Below are positions 42,959 to 54,000 of a stretch of DNA of 64,000 bases, in pieces; position 1 is the first letter of the stretch; every line of letters begins with the position of its first letter. Position numbers and translations under genes: made by a program. A model generated the notes under the pieces. It was given only the letters and a program-made list of their open reading frames with translations, searched no databases and had not been told where the DNA came from. The stretch lies in contig VRVR01000022.1 of assembly GCA_009859145.1 (NCBI GenBank), positions 62,001 through 126,000 of the forward strand. The letters run 5' to 3'. Source of the stretch: Andalucia godoyi And28. Lineage: Eukaryota > Protista > Jakobida.

Positions 42959-44737
42959 ATGAAGGCGGAAAGTGGGTACTGCTATGCAGGCGGAAGTTTG
43001 AAAACGAAAGTCGGGCAAAAAGACCTAGCTTCAATCTGCTCCAGCACTGTAGAGACCAGGGATCGAGGAGAGCGGTGGCGGCTAGGTGATTTTCAAGAGA
43101 TTTTAAATTCGTGCGAAGTCCTATCCCCGAACTGGGCGTTATACAAACAGCCTTTCTGTACGAGTTCGTATTGCATTGGCTTCTCAGCCTTTGCCAGGTT
43201 TTTCCCAAACATGTTGACAGAGTATCCGTTGCCGTCGCAAGTTTCTGTCCCGTCCGCGGCATCTTGGATTGCCAACGTCGTTCGTTCCGATTCGATCTAC
43301 ACTTCTGAGCACCGCTTATTGATGCTGCGACATTTTGCTTCGAAATGCCCTCCATCGAATATCTGGACCTTTCTCACAACTGCAGAAAAAACTGCATACA
43401 AAACGATTTCTTTGGAGAAGGCGAAGCATTCAGATGGGTCGTTGGGAACAGGAGAAGTGGTGGACATCGTGTCACAAGATGGAAGCTCGACTACTCTCAG
43501 TCGAGGCAGCACTACTGATGACCGTCATCCCGTGCGTGCAGGCGCTGCTGCTGCTTCTTTCTTTGCCTTTGGGGCTGCTTCACTAGCGTTTCTTCCGGTA
43601 TTTGCAGCCCCTGCTGTGGGCGTGTTGGGTGCTAGATACGTGTACCGAAAGACTAGGCGATTATTTGGCGAAAAGACAATCGATCTTCTTATTCCTGAAC
43701 TGATTGAATCATCATCACCGTCTCTTTGGTCCGTGATTTGTGCTCCAGGCCTCCCTTTTCGCGCTGTTGAGCAAGCAGCTTTCGCCAACACTGGTCACCA
43801 CATGAGCTCGACAGAGTTGTGGAAACCCATGGTCTCCGCAACTGGTTGTAACGTCCTGCATGTGTCATTCGAACCATCATTGCTGTCCGACTTCCACAAC
43901 TCTGTCGACACAATCATTTCTAGATATGCCGCGAATGCTAGTTCTTCTCTTGCCCTAAAAGTATTCGCCTCGACAATTGCCTCCGCAATTGCTCTTCCTT
44001 CAGCGTTGCTCGGAATGATAAGTGTTGCTGATTCTCCGCTTTCTCTGTTGCTGGACCGGTCCACGGTTGAGAAAGGAGGCCGTTTATTGTATCGCATGTG
44101 TCCGATATTAAGAGGAACAGTGGTCTCCTGGTCAATTGGATCAAGATTAATGATCAACTCTCTATTGTCATTGAGTGCATTGGAGGAAGAACAGGAAAAG
44201 AATGAGTATGCGTCGTCGCTTGGAGTTCAACGACCGTCGTTGCTTGTGTCCCCGGAAGCTGGTTCTCTTGGATCAAATTCGTCTTCGCCATTGCAACTTC
44301 GGAGTCCCAGTTCTCCAGCAACCGCTGAAATTTCCACGGACACACCAGTGTCAGCAAAGGACGTGCAATGGGACTTTGATCATCTTGTTCTCATCGGAAG
44401 CCCTGTTTTGAATCTATCGTCTGCTGAATGGGAAATGCTACTTCGACGCGTACGCGGTTCCATTGTCGTGGCGTATTCTGACAATGATTGGTATCTAGGA
44501 GTCGTAGTTCGCGCGTTGCTTGGAATTCGTCGCGAAGGAGTATCACAAGTTCTCGGTGTTGCTCCCTTGCTGGACGGCTGTTCGGACGCTGTGCGCAGCA
44601 GAGTCATTCTGCTACCTGTTGGAGACTTGATTGCAACACATCTACAGTACGCCGATGTAACAGTGCTTTTGAAGATTGTCCAGCGATGTCAACAGACAAT
44701 CGGAGAATGGGTTTCAAAAGCGCGGCTGATCAGTTGA
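42959..44737 (+). CDS. DUF726/TMCO4-like alpha/beta-hydrolase
   Basis: VVSWSIGSR nucleophile-elbow-like motif, HLVLIGSPV, VVAYSDNDWYLG. Confidence 0.7.
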   Translation: MKAESGYCYAGGSLKTKVGQKDLASICSSTVETRDRGERWRLGDFQEILNSCEVLSPNWALYKQPFCTSSYCIGFSAFARFFPNMLTEYPLPSQVSVPSAASWIANVVRSDSIYTSEHRLLMLRHFASKCPPSNIWTFLTTAEKTAYKTISLEKAKHSDGSLGTGEVVDIVSQDGSSTTLSRGSTTDDRHPVRAGAAAASFFAFGAASLAFLPVFAAPAVGVLGARYVYRKTRRLFGEKTIDLLIPELIESSSPSLWSVICAPGLPFRAVEQAAFANTGHHMSSTELWKPMVSATGCNVLHVSFEPSLLSDFHNSVDTIISRYAANASSSLALKVFASTIASAIALPSALLGMISVADSPLSLLLDRSTVEKGGRLLYRMCPILRGTVVSWSIGSRLMINSLLSLSALEEEQEKNEYASSLGVQRPSLLVSPEAGSLGSNSSSPLQLRSPSSPATAEISTDTPVSAKDVQWDFDHLVLIGSPVLNLSSAEWEMLLRRVRGSIVVAYSDNDWYLGVVVRALLGIRREGVSQVLGVAPLLDGCSDAVRSRVILLPVGDLIATHLQYADVTVLLKIVQRCQQTIGEWVSKARLIS

Positions 44738-44819
44738 TTTATATATTGCCAGTTGGCGGATTTGCAGCGTTCGAAATTATGTAGCCAGAACCTTTATTGC
44801 TGGAAGTAGATCTGAATTG

Positions 44820-45466
44820 CTGCCATTCTGGTGTCCCTGGTGTCCATCCGTTGTCTGCTGTGGCTTGGTGGTTTCCCGGCTTCTCTCCATCAGCCTCATG
44901 ATGCCGAGTCGGAGCCACCACGGATGCTGCCGGAGACTGCTGCACAAGCGTACGGGAGGGGGTATGCGGGTGGGCAAGTGGGTGATGTGGCGGAGGAGTG
45001 CATCACCAAGACATGCGGCCTGTGTGGGAGACGTGAGAATGTCCAGCACAAACTGGCCAGAGATAAGGCGTTTGTGTGTGTGTTCGTTTTTTGTTTTTTC
45101 CGGTGTCCAATGTTTCCAGTAAGGATGGACCGAGAGCTGGAATGGCGGCGCTTGCAGTGCAGTATTTATCGAAAGAACATTGCTGATTGTTGGGGAAAAC
45201 GCACGTTGAATGCACTCTACGGTTGGCGAGTCGACTTTTTTGGGCACGGTGGTTGAGACTTTGGATTTCAACAGCTGGGGGCTGGTGGCGTGCCGAGAGC
45301 CTGCCCTTCCTCTCCTTCTCTGTCTCCCTCTCTCCCTCGGTCTCCCTCTCTCCCTCTGTCTCCCTCTCTCTCCGTTCCTCCTTCTCTCTAGGCGATGGGG
45401 ATCCCAACCCCCTGACTCGTGCAACGGTGCAGAACAGCGGGCTATGTTACGTTGGCCATCAAACTG
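44820..45466 (+). mobile_element. Degenerate Fanzor 3' relic within duplication arm A
   Basis: Frameshifted MM..SHH...RRLLHK, then VAEECITKTCGLCG...HKL...MDREL-NG. Followed by gcgtgccgagagcctgcccttcc (eroded first hairpin) and TGCAAC...TATGTTACGTTGGCCATCAAACTG (eroded scaffold end). Confidence 0.7.
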
Positions 45467-45766
45467 TGCTTCCAAGCAGTTTTCTTTTTTTTTTACAACA
45501 GGTTGTGTTGCCGATAAACAGCAGATTTGCAAACTTTGCAGGAAGATTCCAAAGCACTTTACATTCTCAACGTTTGTTATGTTTTTTCTTCCCTCTAACT
45601 GAAACCGTGAGAACATCTTTTTCAGGGTATTCGTGACGATCGGCGTAATCATCGAATCTTCACCAGGCAACACAGGAACTTTGGTGACTATGGAGAGAGA
45701 AGACCGCGTTTCAAGCCCGTTCCTTTCAAAGGTTCAGAGACCAACGATCGGTGCGCAGAATCGTGT
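44820..45766 (+). repeat. 947-bp inverted duplication, arm A
   Basis: Reverse-complement match to 51279-52225 with constant offset (x maps to 97045-x); the ORF translations listed for both arms are identical. Confidence 0.97.
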
Positions 45767-47188
45767 GGACGCCCTCTATCCGGGAGCCACGATAGAAATC
45801 AAGCGCTTCGTCGTTGCGAATGAATGTGCACACGTTGCACAATAAAAAAGCCGTGTCGGCCAGTAACACGAGCGGATATCAGCAGCTTTCAAAATGTTAA
45901 ATAGCCGGGGCGCGGATTGACGGCAAAAAAAACCGAAGATCGCGGCTTTTATTCACGATAACCCGGGGGGGCTGCGTTTCTTCTGGTCGCCGTCACATCT
46001 CTCAAGTTTCGCAGAAGCGGGGCCGACATCGATGTGGACAAAATAATTTCAACGGGAACGAAAAGTCAGCCGTTCCTGCGCGAATAACGGGGTATTGGAG
46101 AGGGTTCTCTGAAGTGCCTAGGAGTGCCTTATTCCTTCGCACAAAACTCAAAATGAGGGCGATGACAGGTATGAGACAATTCGTTATTTTTGGTATTGAG
46201 TTCGCTTCTGTGTTTGGATATCTCGGCAACACTCAAAAAGATATCGAACGCAGTCCCATTAACCCCGAGTCTGCAGGCGTCGTCTTCAGCGGAGAGAGTC
46301 GGATTGACAATGAACAGGAAGAGAGAGAAGTCTTGTGAAATCGAAACATGCGGCTCACTAACATCGAGAACCGGTGCAACGGAGCATTTGTAAAGGAATG
46401 TCGAAAAATATTTTATATTTAAAGTACAAGCGTGTCTGCGAGAAGGAAGAATGGTAGATGAATTACATCGGATCGGCGTCAGCACATCTGCGCGAAAGCA
46501 GATACGCACAGAAAAACCGATAACATGTGAATGATGCACAGTGACGCGGGAAGAACCACAAATCGAAATGGATGTGCGAAAGCATTGTCGCTGAAGGTTT
46601 TTTCCTGAATTATGCCAAATCCTTCACGATTCTCTGTGGAAACGAAGGAAGCGCCGTCTGCAATTCAGTCAGATGCAAAAATAAAGTTGATTTTCTCAGG
46701 ACAATGCCGCCAACAGTAAACTAACATGAGACGTTTTGCATCAAAACAATTCGATACCATACATTGCCATCTAATTTCGTGAGGTCCATCAAATCAAAGA
46801 TTACACTTGGAAAATCATTTTCAGTTGTTGAACCTGACTGCATCCATCCACAGCTTGAGCGAAGACACTGTTGTTCTGCTCGCTTTTTTTTTGTCGTGTA
46901 TTCCATCGGAATTGACATCTTCCCAGATATTGATAAATGTCGTGATATCCGACTGCTGAAGCGGACTGTCACCAAATCAGACATATTGCGAACACTTGTT
47001 CTTTCGTTTGGCACGACGGCAAGGCTTTTACTGAAGATTGGCTTCTCTCCTGACTTCGATTTATGAGGTTGTCTTTTTTGCTGTTGTTAGACGTCCACGG
47101 TTTTGTCAGCAATGCTCGTTGAACATCCGGGGGTCGCTGTAGATCTTTTCGTGATGGTAGCTTGTTCCGCGTTTCTATGCATGTTTGC

Positions 47189-47287
47189 TCATCCGCAGGC
47201 CTGCCGTGTAGCCCTCCTCTTTCTTCCGTTCCATTTCAGGCCGCCATCACACAGAGGAAGTTTTCCTTCCTCTCCGCAGTCGCTGCA
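47189..47287 (-). pseudogene. PHD-finger-like fragment in a disrupted region
   Basis: CSDCGEEGKLPLCDG...ACG followed by TGA; flanking frames are broken by stops and frameshifts. Confidence 0.3.
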
Positions 47288-48011
47288 CCTGTCGTTTTGA
47301 AAAACACATTTTACTATCTTACTGCCTTTCTTTCACAGCGGTTAATCTCAGTTTTAGCTTAATTGTAGTTACTAAGGAACATGCGTGAAAAATTGGTTTT
47401 GATATCAGATTTTGTTTTGTTCAGATCGCTTGTCCTGTGGTGGCTGAACCTTTGCCAGCCCAATTCTGGATCGCATTCGCGTGCGGCCGCAGTGTTTTGG
47501 GCTCCGGTTTCTTTTCAACAGCAGGTTCTCTTTGATGCAAGATAACTGGAGTGCCGTCATCATGGGGATTTCCCAGACATCGGACACCGTACGCCAAAGA
47601 TTTTCATGTCATCTGGCGTTGGCGCTGAAATCAGTCAAACAGCCTTTTCAATATTAATCTGTTGAATTTGTTGACGTACCGTTGAGCTGTTGCTGCAAAT
47701 AGGGATCTTGCTTCCGGCGTCATGAGTCAATAATAGGGCAGCCTTGCTTCAGAGAAAGGATCTGCGGACTTCCAGCGACGAGTGTTTTTAACGTTTGCTC
47801 CATGATTTTTGAACGAACATCTTTTTTTCCTGCCGTAGAAATTGATGCCGGCGACTCAATGAACTCAATTGCTCGTTACGTCGACTGTGTTCTCAGGACT
47901 TCTGTTGTTCTCGGGTCTTCCTCATCAGCCTTCTTTTTCCTCTTTAACTTTTCGCCGTCTTTTTCAAGTCATTTTTCAGTACGTAATTGTTTGAGAAATT
48001 TCAAGTACAAC

Positions 48012-48932
48012 ATGGCCTCATACAAGGATTTGGATAATTGGATTGCCGAGCTCATGGAATGCAAACCGTTGTCGGAAGCCAATGTAAAGCTCCTTTGCGA
48101 AAAAGCTCGAGAAGTTTTGATGGAAGAATCGAATGTCCAACCAGTCCGGTGCCCAGTCACCGTATGTGGCGACATCCACGGTCAGTTTTATGATCTTATG
48201 GAACTGTTTCGGATATCTGGAAAGCTGCCTGACACAAACCTTCTTTTTATGGGAGATTATGTGGATCGAGGGTACTTCTCGGTCGAAACAGTCTCATTGT
48301 TGATTGCTTTGAAGTTGCGATATCGAGACAGGGTTACCATTCTCAGAGGGAATCACGAGTCGCGGCAAATTACCCAAGTGTACGGCTTCTTTGACGAGTG
48401 TGTTCGAAAATACGGATCGCCGAATGTTTGGAAGTATTTTACGGATCTTTTTGATTACTTGCCGCTCACTGCGTTAGTGGAGTGCTCGATCTTTTGTTTA
48501 CACGGTGGTCTTTCTCCTTCTATCGATACGCTAGACCATGTTCGCTCTCTGGATCGTGTGCAGGAGGTTCCACATGAAGGCCCAATGTGCGATTTGCTAT
48601 GGAGTGACCCGGATGACCGAATCGGTTGGGGAGTTTCCCCCCGCGGCGCTGGATATACGTTTGGACAAGACATTTCCGAGAAGTTCAATCATAATAATGG
48701 ACTCACTTTAGTTTCTCGAGCCCATCAACTTGTTATGGAGGGCTATAACTGGGCTCACGACAAGAGTGTTGTGACGGTGTTTAGTGCTCCAAACTACTGT
48801 TACAGATGCGGCAATCAGGCATCGATTATGGAAGTCGACGAGCACATGAATCTGAACTTCCTTCAGTTCGATCCTTCACCTCGTCGTGGAGAACCGCATG
48901 TTACGCGCAAGACCCCAGACTACTTCCTTTAG
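48012..48932 (+). CDS. PPP2CA: Protein phosphatase 2A catalytic subunit
   Basis: [30 protein letters not shown]-terminal TPDYFL; ATG at 48012. Confidence 0.98.
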   Translation: MASYKDLDNWIAELMECKPLSEANVKLLCEKAREVLMEESNVQPVRCPVTVCGDIHGQFYDLMELFRISGKLPDTNLLFMGDYVDRGYFSVETVSLLIALKLRYRDRVTILRGNHESRQITQVYGFFDECVRKYGSPNVWKYFTDLFDYLPLTALVECSIFCLHGGLSPSIDTLDHVRSLDRVQEVPHEGPMCDLLWSDPDDRIGWGVSPRGAGYTFGQDISEKFNHNNGLTLVSRAHQLVMEGYNWAHDKSVVTVFSAPNYCYRCGNQASIMEVDEHMNLNFLQFDPSPRRGEPHVTRKTPDYFL

Positions 48933-49055
48933 ACGTTCCTCCGAAGACGAATGATTTCAAACCAAAGAAAACAAAGAAAGAACATAACATAAAAACCTGA
49001 TACCGCTTTCAATTTCAGGTGTGTGAGAGAGAGGGGACTATGTCCTTTTTATTCA

Positions 49056-49649
49056 CTAAGCAACGAGTGCCGGGTCAACGATTCGCACGCCATTTCTGTC
49101 CATGACTTTGACAAAGAATCTAGGAGTATTCAAGACAAGACGCTGTTTCACTTCTCGGATGCACTTGTTAATCACTTCCAGCGCTTGCTCAAAGTTCATG
49201 CCCTCGCGATATTGAGAGTCCAGAGTGGAAAGGACAAAGTACGAACCATACCCTTGAGCAGTCGCTTTCATCTGGTGCATTGACGCCATATAATCCATAA
49301 AATACAAAGAGGGACCCACATCCTCGTCAAAGCCACCAATCAGCATGTTCACTTGGTAAGGAGACTGCCTTAAAAACTTTGCAAGTTGCCCTCGGATATA
49401 GTTTGCGGCGGCATCTGTCGAAACAGGCAAGCCGGAACGAATCGTATGGAGTTTAAGATTCTTCTGAATGTACTCACCGAACTGATTTCGGTCTCCAGGT
49501 TCTCCACTCATGGCAATCGCCTTGTGGGAATCAAGAACCTTGATCTTGTCTTCGTCATCCTTGATGGCTACAATGGAGAAGGCCTGAGATGCATCTGCAG
49601 CCAGCAGCACAAAATCAGAACCGACCACGCCAATCAACGTATCTGCCAT
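49056..49649 (-). CDS. PSMB2: 20S proteasome subunit beta type-2 (beta4/Pre1)
   Basis: MADTLIG..., GEPGDRNQFGEYIQKNLKL, SPYQVNMLIGG, AQGYGSYF, VKQRLVLN. Confidence 0.96.
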   Translation of the reverse strand: MADTLIGVVGSDFVLLAADASQAFSIVAIKDDEDKIKVLDSHKAIAMSGEPGDRNQFGEYIQKNLKLHTIRSGLPVSTDAAANYIRGQLAKFLRQSPYQVNMLIGGFDEDVGPSLYFMDYMASMHQMKATAQGYGSYFVLSTLDSQYREGMNFEQALEVINKCIREVKQRLVLNTPRFFVKVMDRNGVRIVDPALVA

Positions 49650-50141
49650 AGTGTCGAAGTATCAAATTTGAATAAGAATAAAATCGAAAACGTTCAAAGC
49701 AGAGGTTTTAGTTGACTGAGGGGGGCCCTTTTCCTTTGATTCTTTTTCCCGTCTCACTTCTCGCATTGCAAACAAGTTCAAGTCAAATTTTCGAGTCAAG
49801 TATCGACTTCGCCAGCCGTAGAGCCATCGAAAAAAGAAAAGCAGGCTTTCCGAAACCGTTTTTCCCTACGGCAGCTTGGCCGCTTTGCCAGCAGGCTCTG
49901 CAGCAGACAACCTGTGCTGTGTGCAACACGGCCCCAAGAAGCGTAGCACCTCAGGGGCTTCGACATTAAGCAATCCCCAAGCGATTTTTGGATGCAATCT
50001 GAAATGGTAGCGAGCATCCGGTTGTCCGTCGTGTTTCAGACGCCATGCGTCTCATTCACAATATGTTGGCATTGCACCGAAATCAATCATGGCATCATCG
50101 TAGTCTAGAAAGTCACCCCTCGATGACGTTCCCCTCTTGCA

Positions 50142-51355
50142 CTACTGCCATTGGCCAAATATAGGGCTCTGGGGCTCTTCTCCGAACTCTGATTTTTTTC
50201 TCGAAACGGGGGGAAGGGGTCGAGAAACCGAGACAAAAGTCTTCACGGTGGAATACTGGTCATCTTCTGTTCTCCGTTTCCGATAATGACTGGAATTCGT
50301 CGTCACGCGCTTCCCTTTTGCCTTGCTTGAATAGCTTGTCCATTCGTTCTGCTTTGATCGCTCTATTTTAGCTTCAAACAATGGTGGAACCACAATTTTT
50401 TCGCCCCGCATGGGGTTGAATGTATACTCCGAGCGCTGCCCTTCATTTGCTTGTTCTTTTGTCAGATCATCGATGACGATGTCGGAAGGACTGTTTTCGG
50501 GAGAGATCGTTCTTTGACGAACCGGAACTCCGAAAAGGGGGGCACTAGGCTGTCTTGGAGTCGGAAGAGCATCCAGCAACGACTGGAAGAATTTTTCGTA
50601 ATGTTCTTCGTTTGTTAACTTCGATAAAAACGAATCAAAGATTTCGGCAGATCTTCCACGAAGCTTCGTCAGTTTCTTGAGAACTTCTCGTTCTCTTAGC
50701 AGTTGCTGCTCTAATTCGCGCACTGTTACTTCCCGGTCTCGAAGCCGATCCTCCTGATTTCGGATGGTCGCCGAATGGACACTAACGAATGACTCCGTTT
50801 CCTTCAGTCGAACAGCGCGACTGTCTAATTCCGCTGCTCGTTCTTCTAATATCCGCGATCTTCTTGAAAGATTCGCCATTTCAGTTTCCACATATTTTTC
50901 AAAGTTCTGCTTCCTGTTGAGAAGTTCAATGTCCATCTCCTCAATCCGTCGCCGGAGAGAGTCTCGGCGTTCGTGTAAGCTGACCATTTCCGTCTCTCTC
51001 TTTTGTTTCTCTCTCTCGAGTTCCTCAATTTTGTTAGACTTTTCCCGGATGACTTCGTCGAGTCGAAGATCTTGCAGTTTACATGTGTCCTGAAATGAGA
51101 AAGAAAAAGAAATAGAGTCAGTGCTGGATGCATTAAAAATTGGATGCAGATTGTTTCTACTGGGAACAACATTTGCTGGATACGTACACGAGGACTGATT
51201 AGAGAGTGATTTCGGACTTTCCTGTGATTTCCAACTAAAGGAGAGCCTGCAGTTGTCGCTTGCTTTCGCAAGTGATCGACACGATTCTGCGCACCGATCG
51301 TTGGTCTCTGAACCTTTGAAAGGAACGGGCTTGAAACGCGGTCTTCTCTCTCCAT
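50142..51355 (-). CDS. Coiled-coil protein; exons 51355-51188 and 51089-50142 (371 aa)
   Basis: Heptad-rich ORF. Phase-0 splice joins ...SLISPR|DTCKLQDLRLDE...; the ATG (MEREDRV) lies inside duplication arm B. Confidence 0.7.
51090..51187 (-). other. Spliceosomal intron (98 nt)
   Basis: GTACGT donor, CTGAC branch, pyrimidine tract, CAG acceptor. Confidence 0.75.
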
Positions 51356-52225
51356 AGTCACCAAAGTTCCTGTGTTGCCTGGTGAAGATTCGATGATTAC
51401 GCCGATCGTCACGAATACCCTGAAAAAGATGTTCTCACGGTTTCAGTTAGAGGGAAGAAAAAACATAACAAACGTTGAGAATGTAAAGTGCTTTGGAATC
51501 TTCCTGCAAAGTTTGCAAATCTGCTGTTTATCGGCAACACAACCTGTTGTAAAAAAAAAAGAAAACTGCTTGGAAGCACAGTTTGATGGCCAACGTAACA
51601 TAGCCCGCTGTTCTGCACCGTTGCACGAGTCAGGGGGTTGGGATCCCCATCGCCTAGAGAGAAGGAGGAACGGAGAGAGAGGGAGACAGAGGGAGAGAGG
51701 GAGACCGAGGGAGAGAGGGAGACAGAGAAGGAGAGGAAGGGCAGGCTCTCGGCACGCCACCAGCCCCCAGCTGTTGAAATCCAAAGTCTCAACCACCGTG
51801 CCCAAAAAAGTCGACTCGCCAACCGTAGAGTGCATTCAACGTGCGTTTTCCCCAACAATCAGCAATGTTCTTTCGATAAATACTGCACTGCAAGCGCCGC
51901 CATTCCAGCTCTCGGTCCATCCTTACTGGAAACATTGGACACCGGAAAAAACAAAAAACGAACACACACACAAACGCCTTATCTCTGGCCAGTTTGTGCT
52001 GGACATTCTCACGTCTCCCACACAGGCCGCATGTCTTGGTGATGCACTCCTCCGCCACATCACCCACTTGCCCACCCGCATACCCCCTCCCGTACGCTTG
52101 TGCAGCAGTCTCCGGCAGCATCCGTGGTGGCTCCGACTCGGCATCATGAGGCTGATGGAGAGAAGCCGGGAAACCACCAAGCCACAGCAGACAACGGATG
52201 GACACCAGGGACACCAGAATGGTAG
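51279..52225 (-). repeat. 947-bp inverted duplication, arm B (contains the Fanzor relic at 51579-52225 and the 5' end of the coiled-coil gene)
   Basis: Reverse-complement match to 44820-45766. Confidence 0.97.
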
Positions 52226-52641
52226 AAGCTCGTTCTTCTTTGCAGGTTTGACAGAGCCCTTTGATGTGAATGATGCAGATGATGTCCGTTTGGGCCCAAC
52301 ATCAGATGGTAGACGCTGAGAAGTCATAGGATCTTGCGGAAGGGCTGCTCGGCCATGGAAGGCCTGATAGTCAATCGAGCATCTCCCTCCAGAAAAAAAG
52401 AAAGGAAAATCATTTTCCAAAAAAAAAGAAAAAAAGAAAAAGAAAAAGATATATAAAAAATGAAATAGAAGAATGAAGATAAAAATTGGAAAAGCAAAAT
52501 ACCATTCTGTTCTGAGGACTGAGCCGCTCCACGCTTCGATGTTTTTTCCGTTTTCTCCCTTTTTCTTGGCATCCAGTGTTATCTGAGCAGGACGACTCGC
52601 CTTTTGTTACCGAACATGCGTAATGCTCAAGGTTTAAGCAA

Positions 52642-53676
52642 ATGGTAAATGCAAGCAATATTCAAGATCAACCGCTATATTGGTTTCTTCTTGTCTTTTT
52701 CATTGCCCAAGTGATCTACAATGTTTGTAAGTATTGTTCCTTGATGATTCTGAGTCGTCATGTCCAGAAATCTACCTCTACGCAGGGCAGACAAGGTCAC
52801 AGGATTCGTGCGTACATGATAGTTTTTCCTTCTCTGATGCCAGCTCTGTTAGGAGTTCGCACTCTCAATCATCAACTAAACAACATGTGCTCCACGTTGC
52901 TGCCACTTTCCTTTTTCATAATTCTTCTCATCCAAGTAGCATTGTTTGTGTACCAACTGAGGGCCATCATCCCGACTCACTTTGACAGAGTCTTATTGAG
53001 ATTCCGTGGACGACTTGGAATGCTTTACATTTCTTGCTTCATCGTGTGCTCGCTTCCTTGTTTTGCTTTCTGTCTTGCTTCCTATTTTGCACAAGTTGGT
53101 GTATCCATGGGTGGCGTATGTTCGTATGGAGGCGCTACAATCCCAGGGACGAAGGTATCTCTTTGGAATCTTGGGTTTTCCGCTCTCGATCTACTCTTCT
53201 TGGTTGGTAATATCATTTGTGAATTCCGGCTTCGGAGCACCATTATTCACACTCTCGTGAAAAGGGAGCTTTTGCTGTTAGCTCGTTGGCACTCTGCGGA
53301 ATTGCTGCTTGACGTAGTGTTTCGTTATGATTTATTCTCCATGACATTGTTCAGTATTGGCGGAACCAACTCCGCCACGTTAACAATTGATTTTGTGTTT
53401 GACATTTTATTTGAAATTTTTTCTTTGCTGATGCTTGGCTGTGGGTTTGCGTTCTTTCTCGCCAGGTTTGAATTGAAGTTTCTCCGACTGAACAATCCGT
53501 TCTGCAAAAGATGGTGGATGCTTCTGTTTAAGAAAATGGATCTGGAGTGCGATCTCATGGAAGCCATGTCGAATGCCCGATCTAATCTTCAAAGGGTGCA
53601 TCTTCAGGATTCGAAATTGGTTGAAATGCAAGCTCGACTGCTGCAAATCGACTCAGTGTCTCCGAGACCGTCATAA
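52642..53676 (+). CDS. Multi-pass (about 7 TM) membrane protein of unknown family
   Basis: 344-aa ATG-initiated ORF with ~7 hydrophobic segments. Confidence 0.7.
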   Translation: MVNASNIQDQPLYWFLLVFFIAQVIYNVCKYCSLMILSRHVQKSTSTQGRQGHRIRAYMIVFPSLMPALLGVRTLNHQLNNMCSTLLPLSFFIILLIQVALFVYQLRAIIPTHFDRVLLRFRGRLGMLYISCFIVCSLPCFAFCLASYFAQVGVSMGGVCSYGGATIPGTKVSLWNLGFSALDLLFLVGNIICEFRLRSTIIHTLVKRELLLLARWHSAELLLDVVFRYDLFSMTLFSIGGTNSATLTIDFVFDILFEIFSLLMLGCGFAFFLARFELKFLRLNNPFCKRWWMLLFKKMDLECDLMEAMSNARSNLQRVHLQDSKLVEMQARLLQIDSVSPRPS

Positions 53677-53721
53677 ATCGGATGTGCTGTATCGACAAAA
53701 TATCAACCTCAAGCACTTGCT

Positions 53722-53948
53722 GATCGGGATCTGGCACCGTGACAAAAATTGCCCATTATGCAACCCATCACGCGCATTGTCTATCTGAAGAACCCTTCAG
53801 CGCACCGGGACTACACCCCCCCCCCCCCCCCGTTTTTTCTTCTTCTTCTTCTGAATTGAATTCACATTCGTTCCCAGTGCAAGATTGTATATGGACGATC
53901 AACAACAGTTCGCCCTTGCTCATCGTACAATGTAGACGTTATGAAACG
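53722..53948 (+). mobile_element. Degenerate Fanzor 3'-end relic with omega-RNA-like scaffold
   Basis: GATCGGGATCTG (DRDL), then TCTATCTGAAGA (YLK, 12-nt identical to the 28.8-kb copy), eroded GGG/CCCC hairpin, then TGCAAGATTGTATATGG...GTACAATGTAGACGTTATGAAACG collinear with the other copies. Confidence 0.7.
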
Positions 53949-54000
53949 GATTCCGAGTAGTATTTTAATTTTGAATTTTTTGCGTTGTTGAGCAATTAAC

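Noticed and set aside
51208-51220. AGGAAAGTCCG (RNase P RNA-like motif) on the minus strand
   Set aside because: Lies in a coding exon and no other RNase P conserved regions are present.
51372-52319. 315-aa and 298-aa ORFs in the duplication arms (also 44777-45673)
   Set aside because: Non-ATG start, translate microsatellite sequence, and are antisense to the Fanzor relic; they are identical only because of the duplication.
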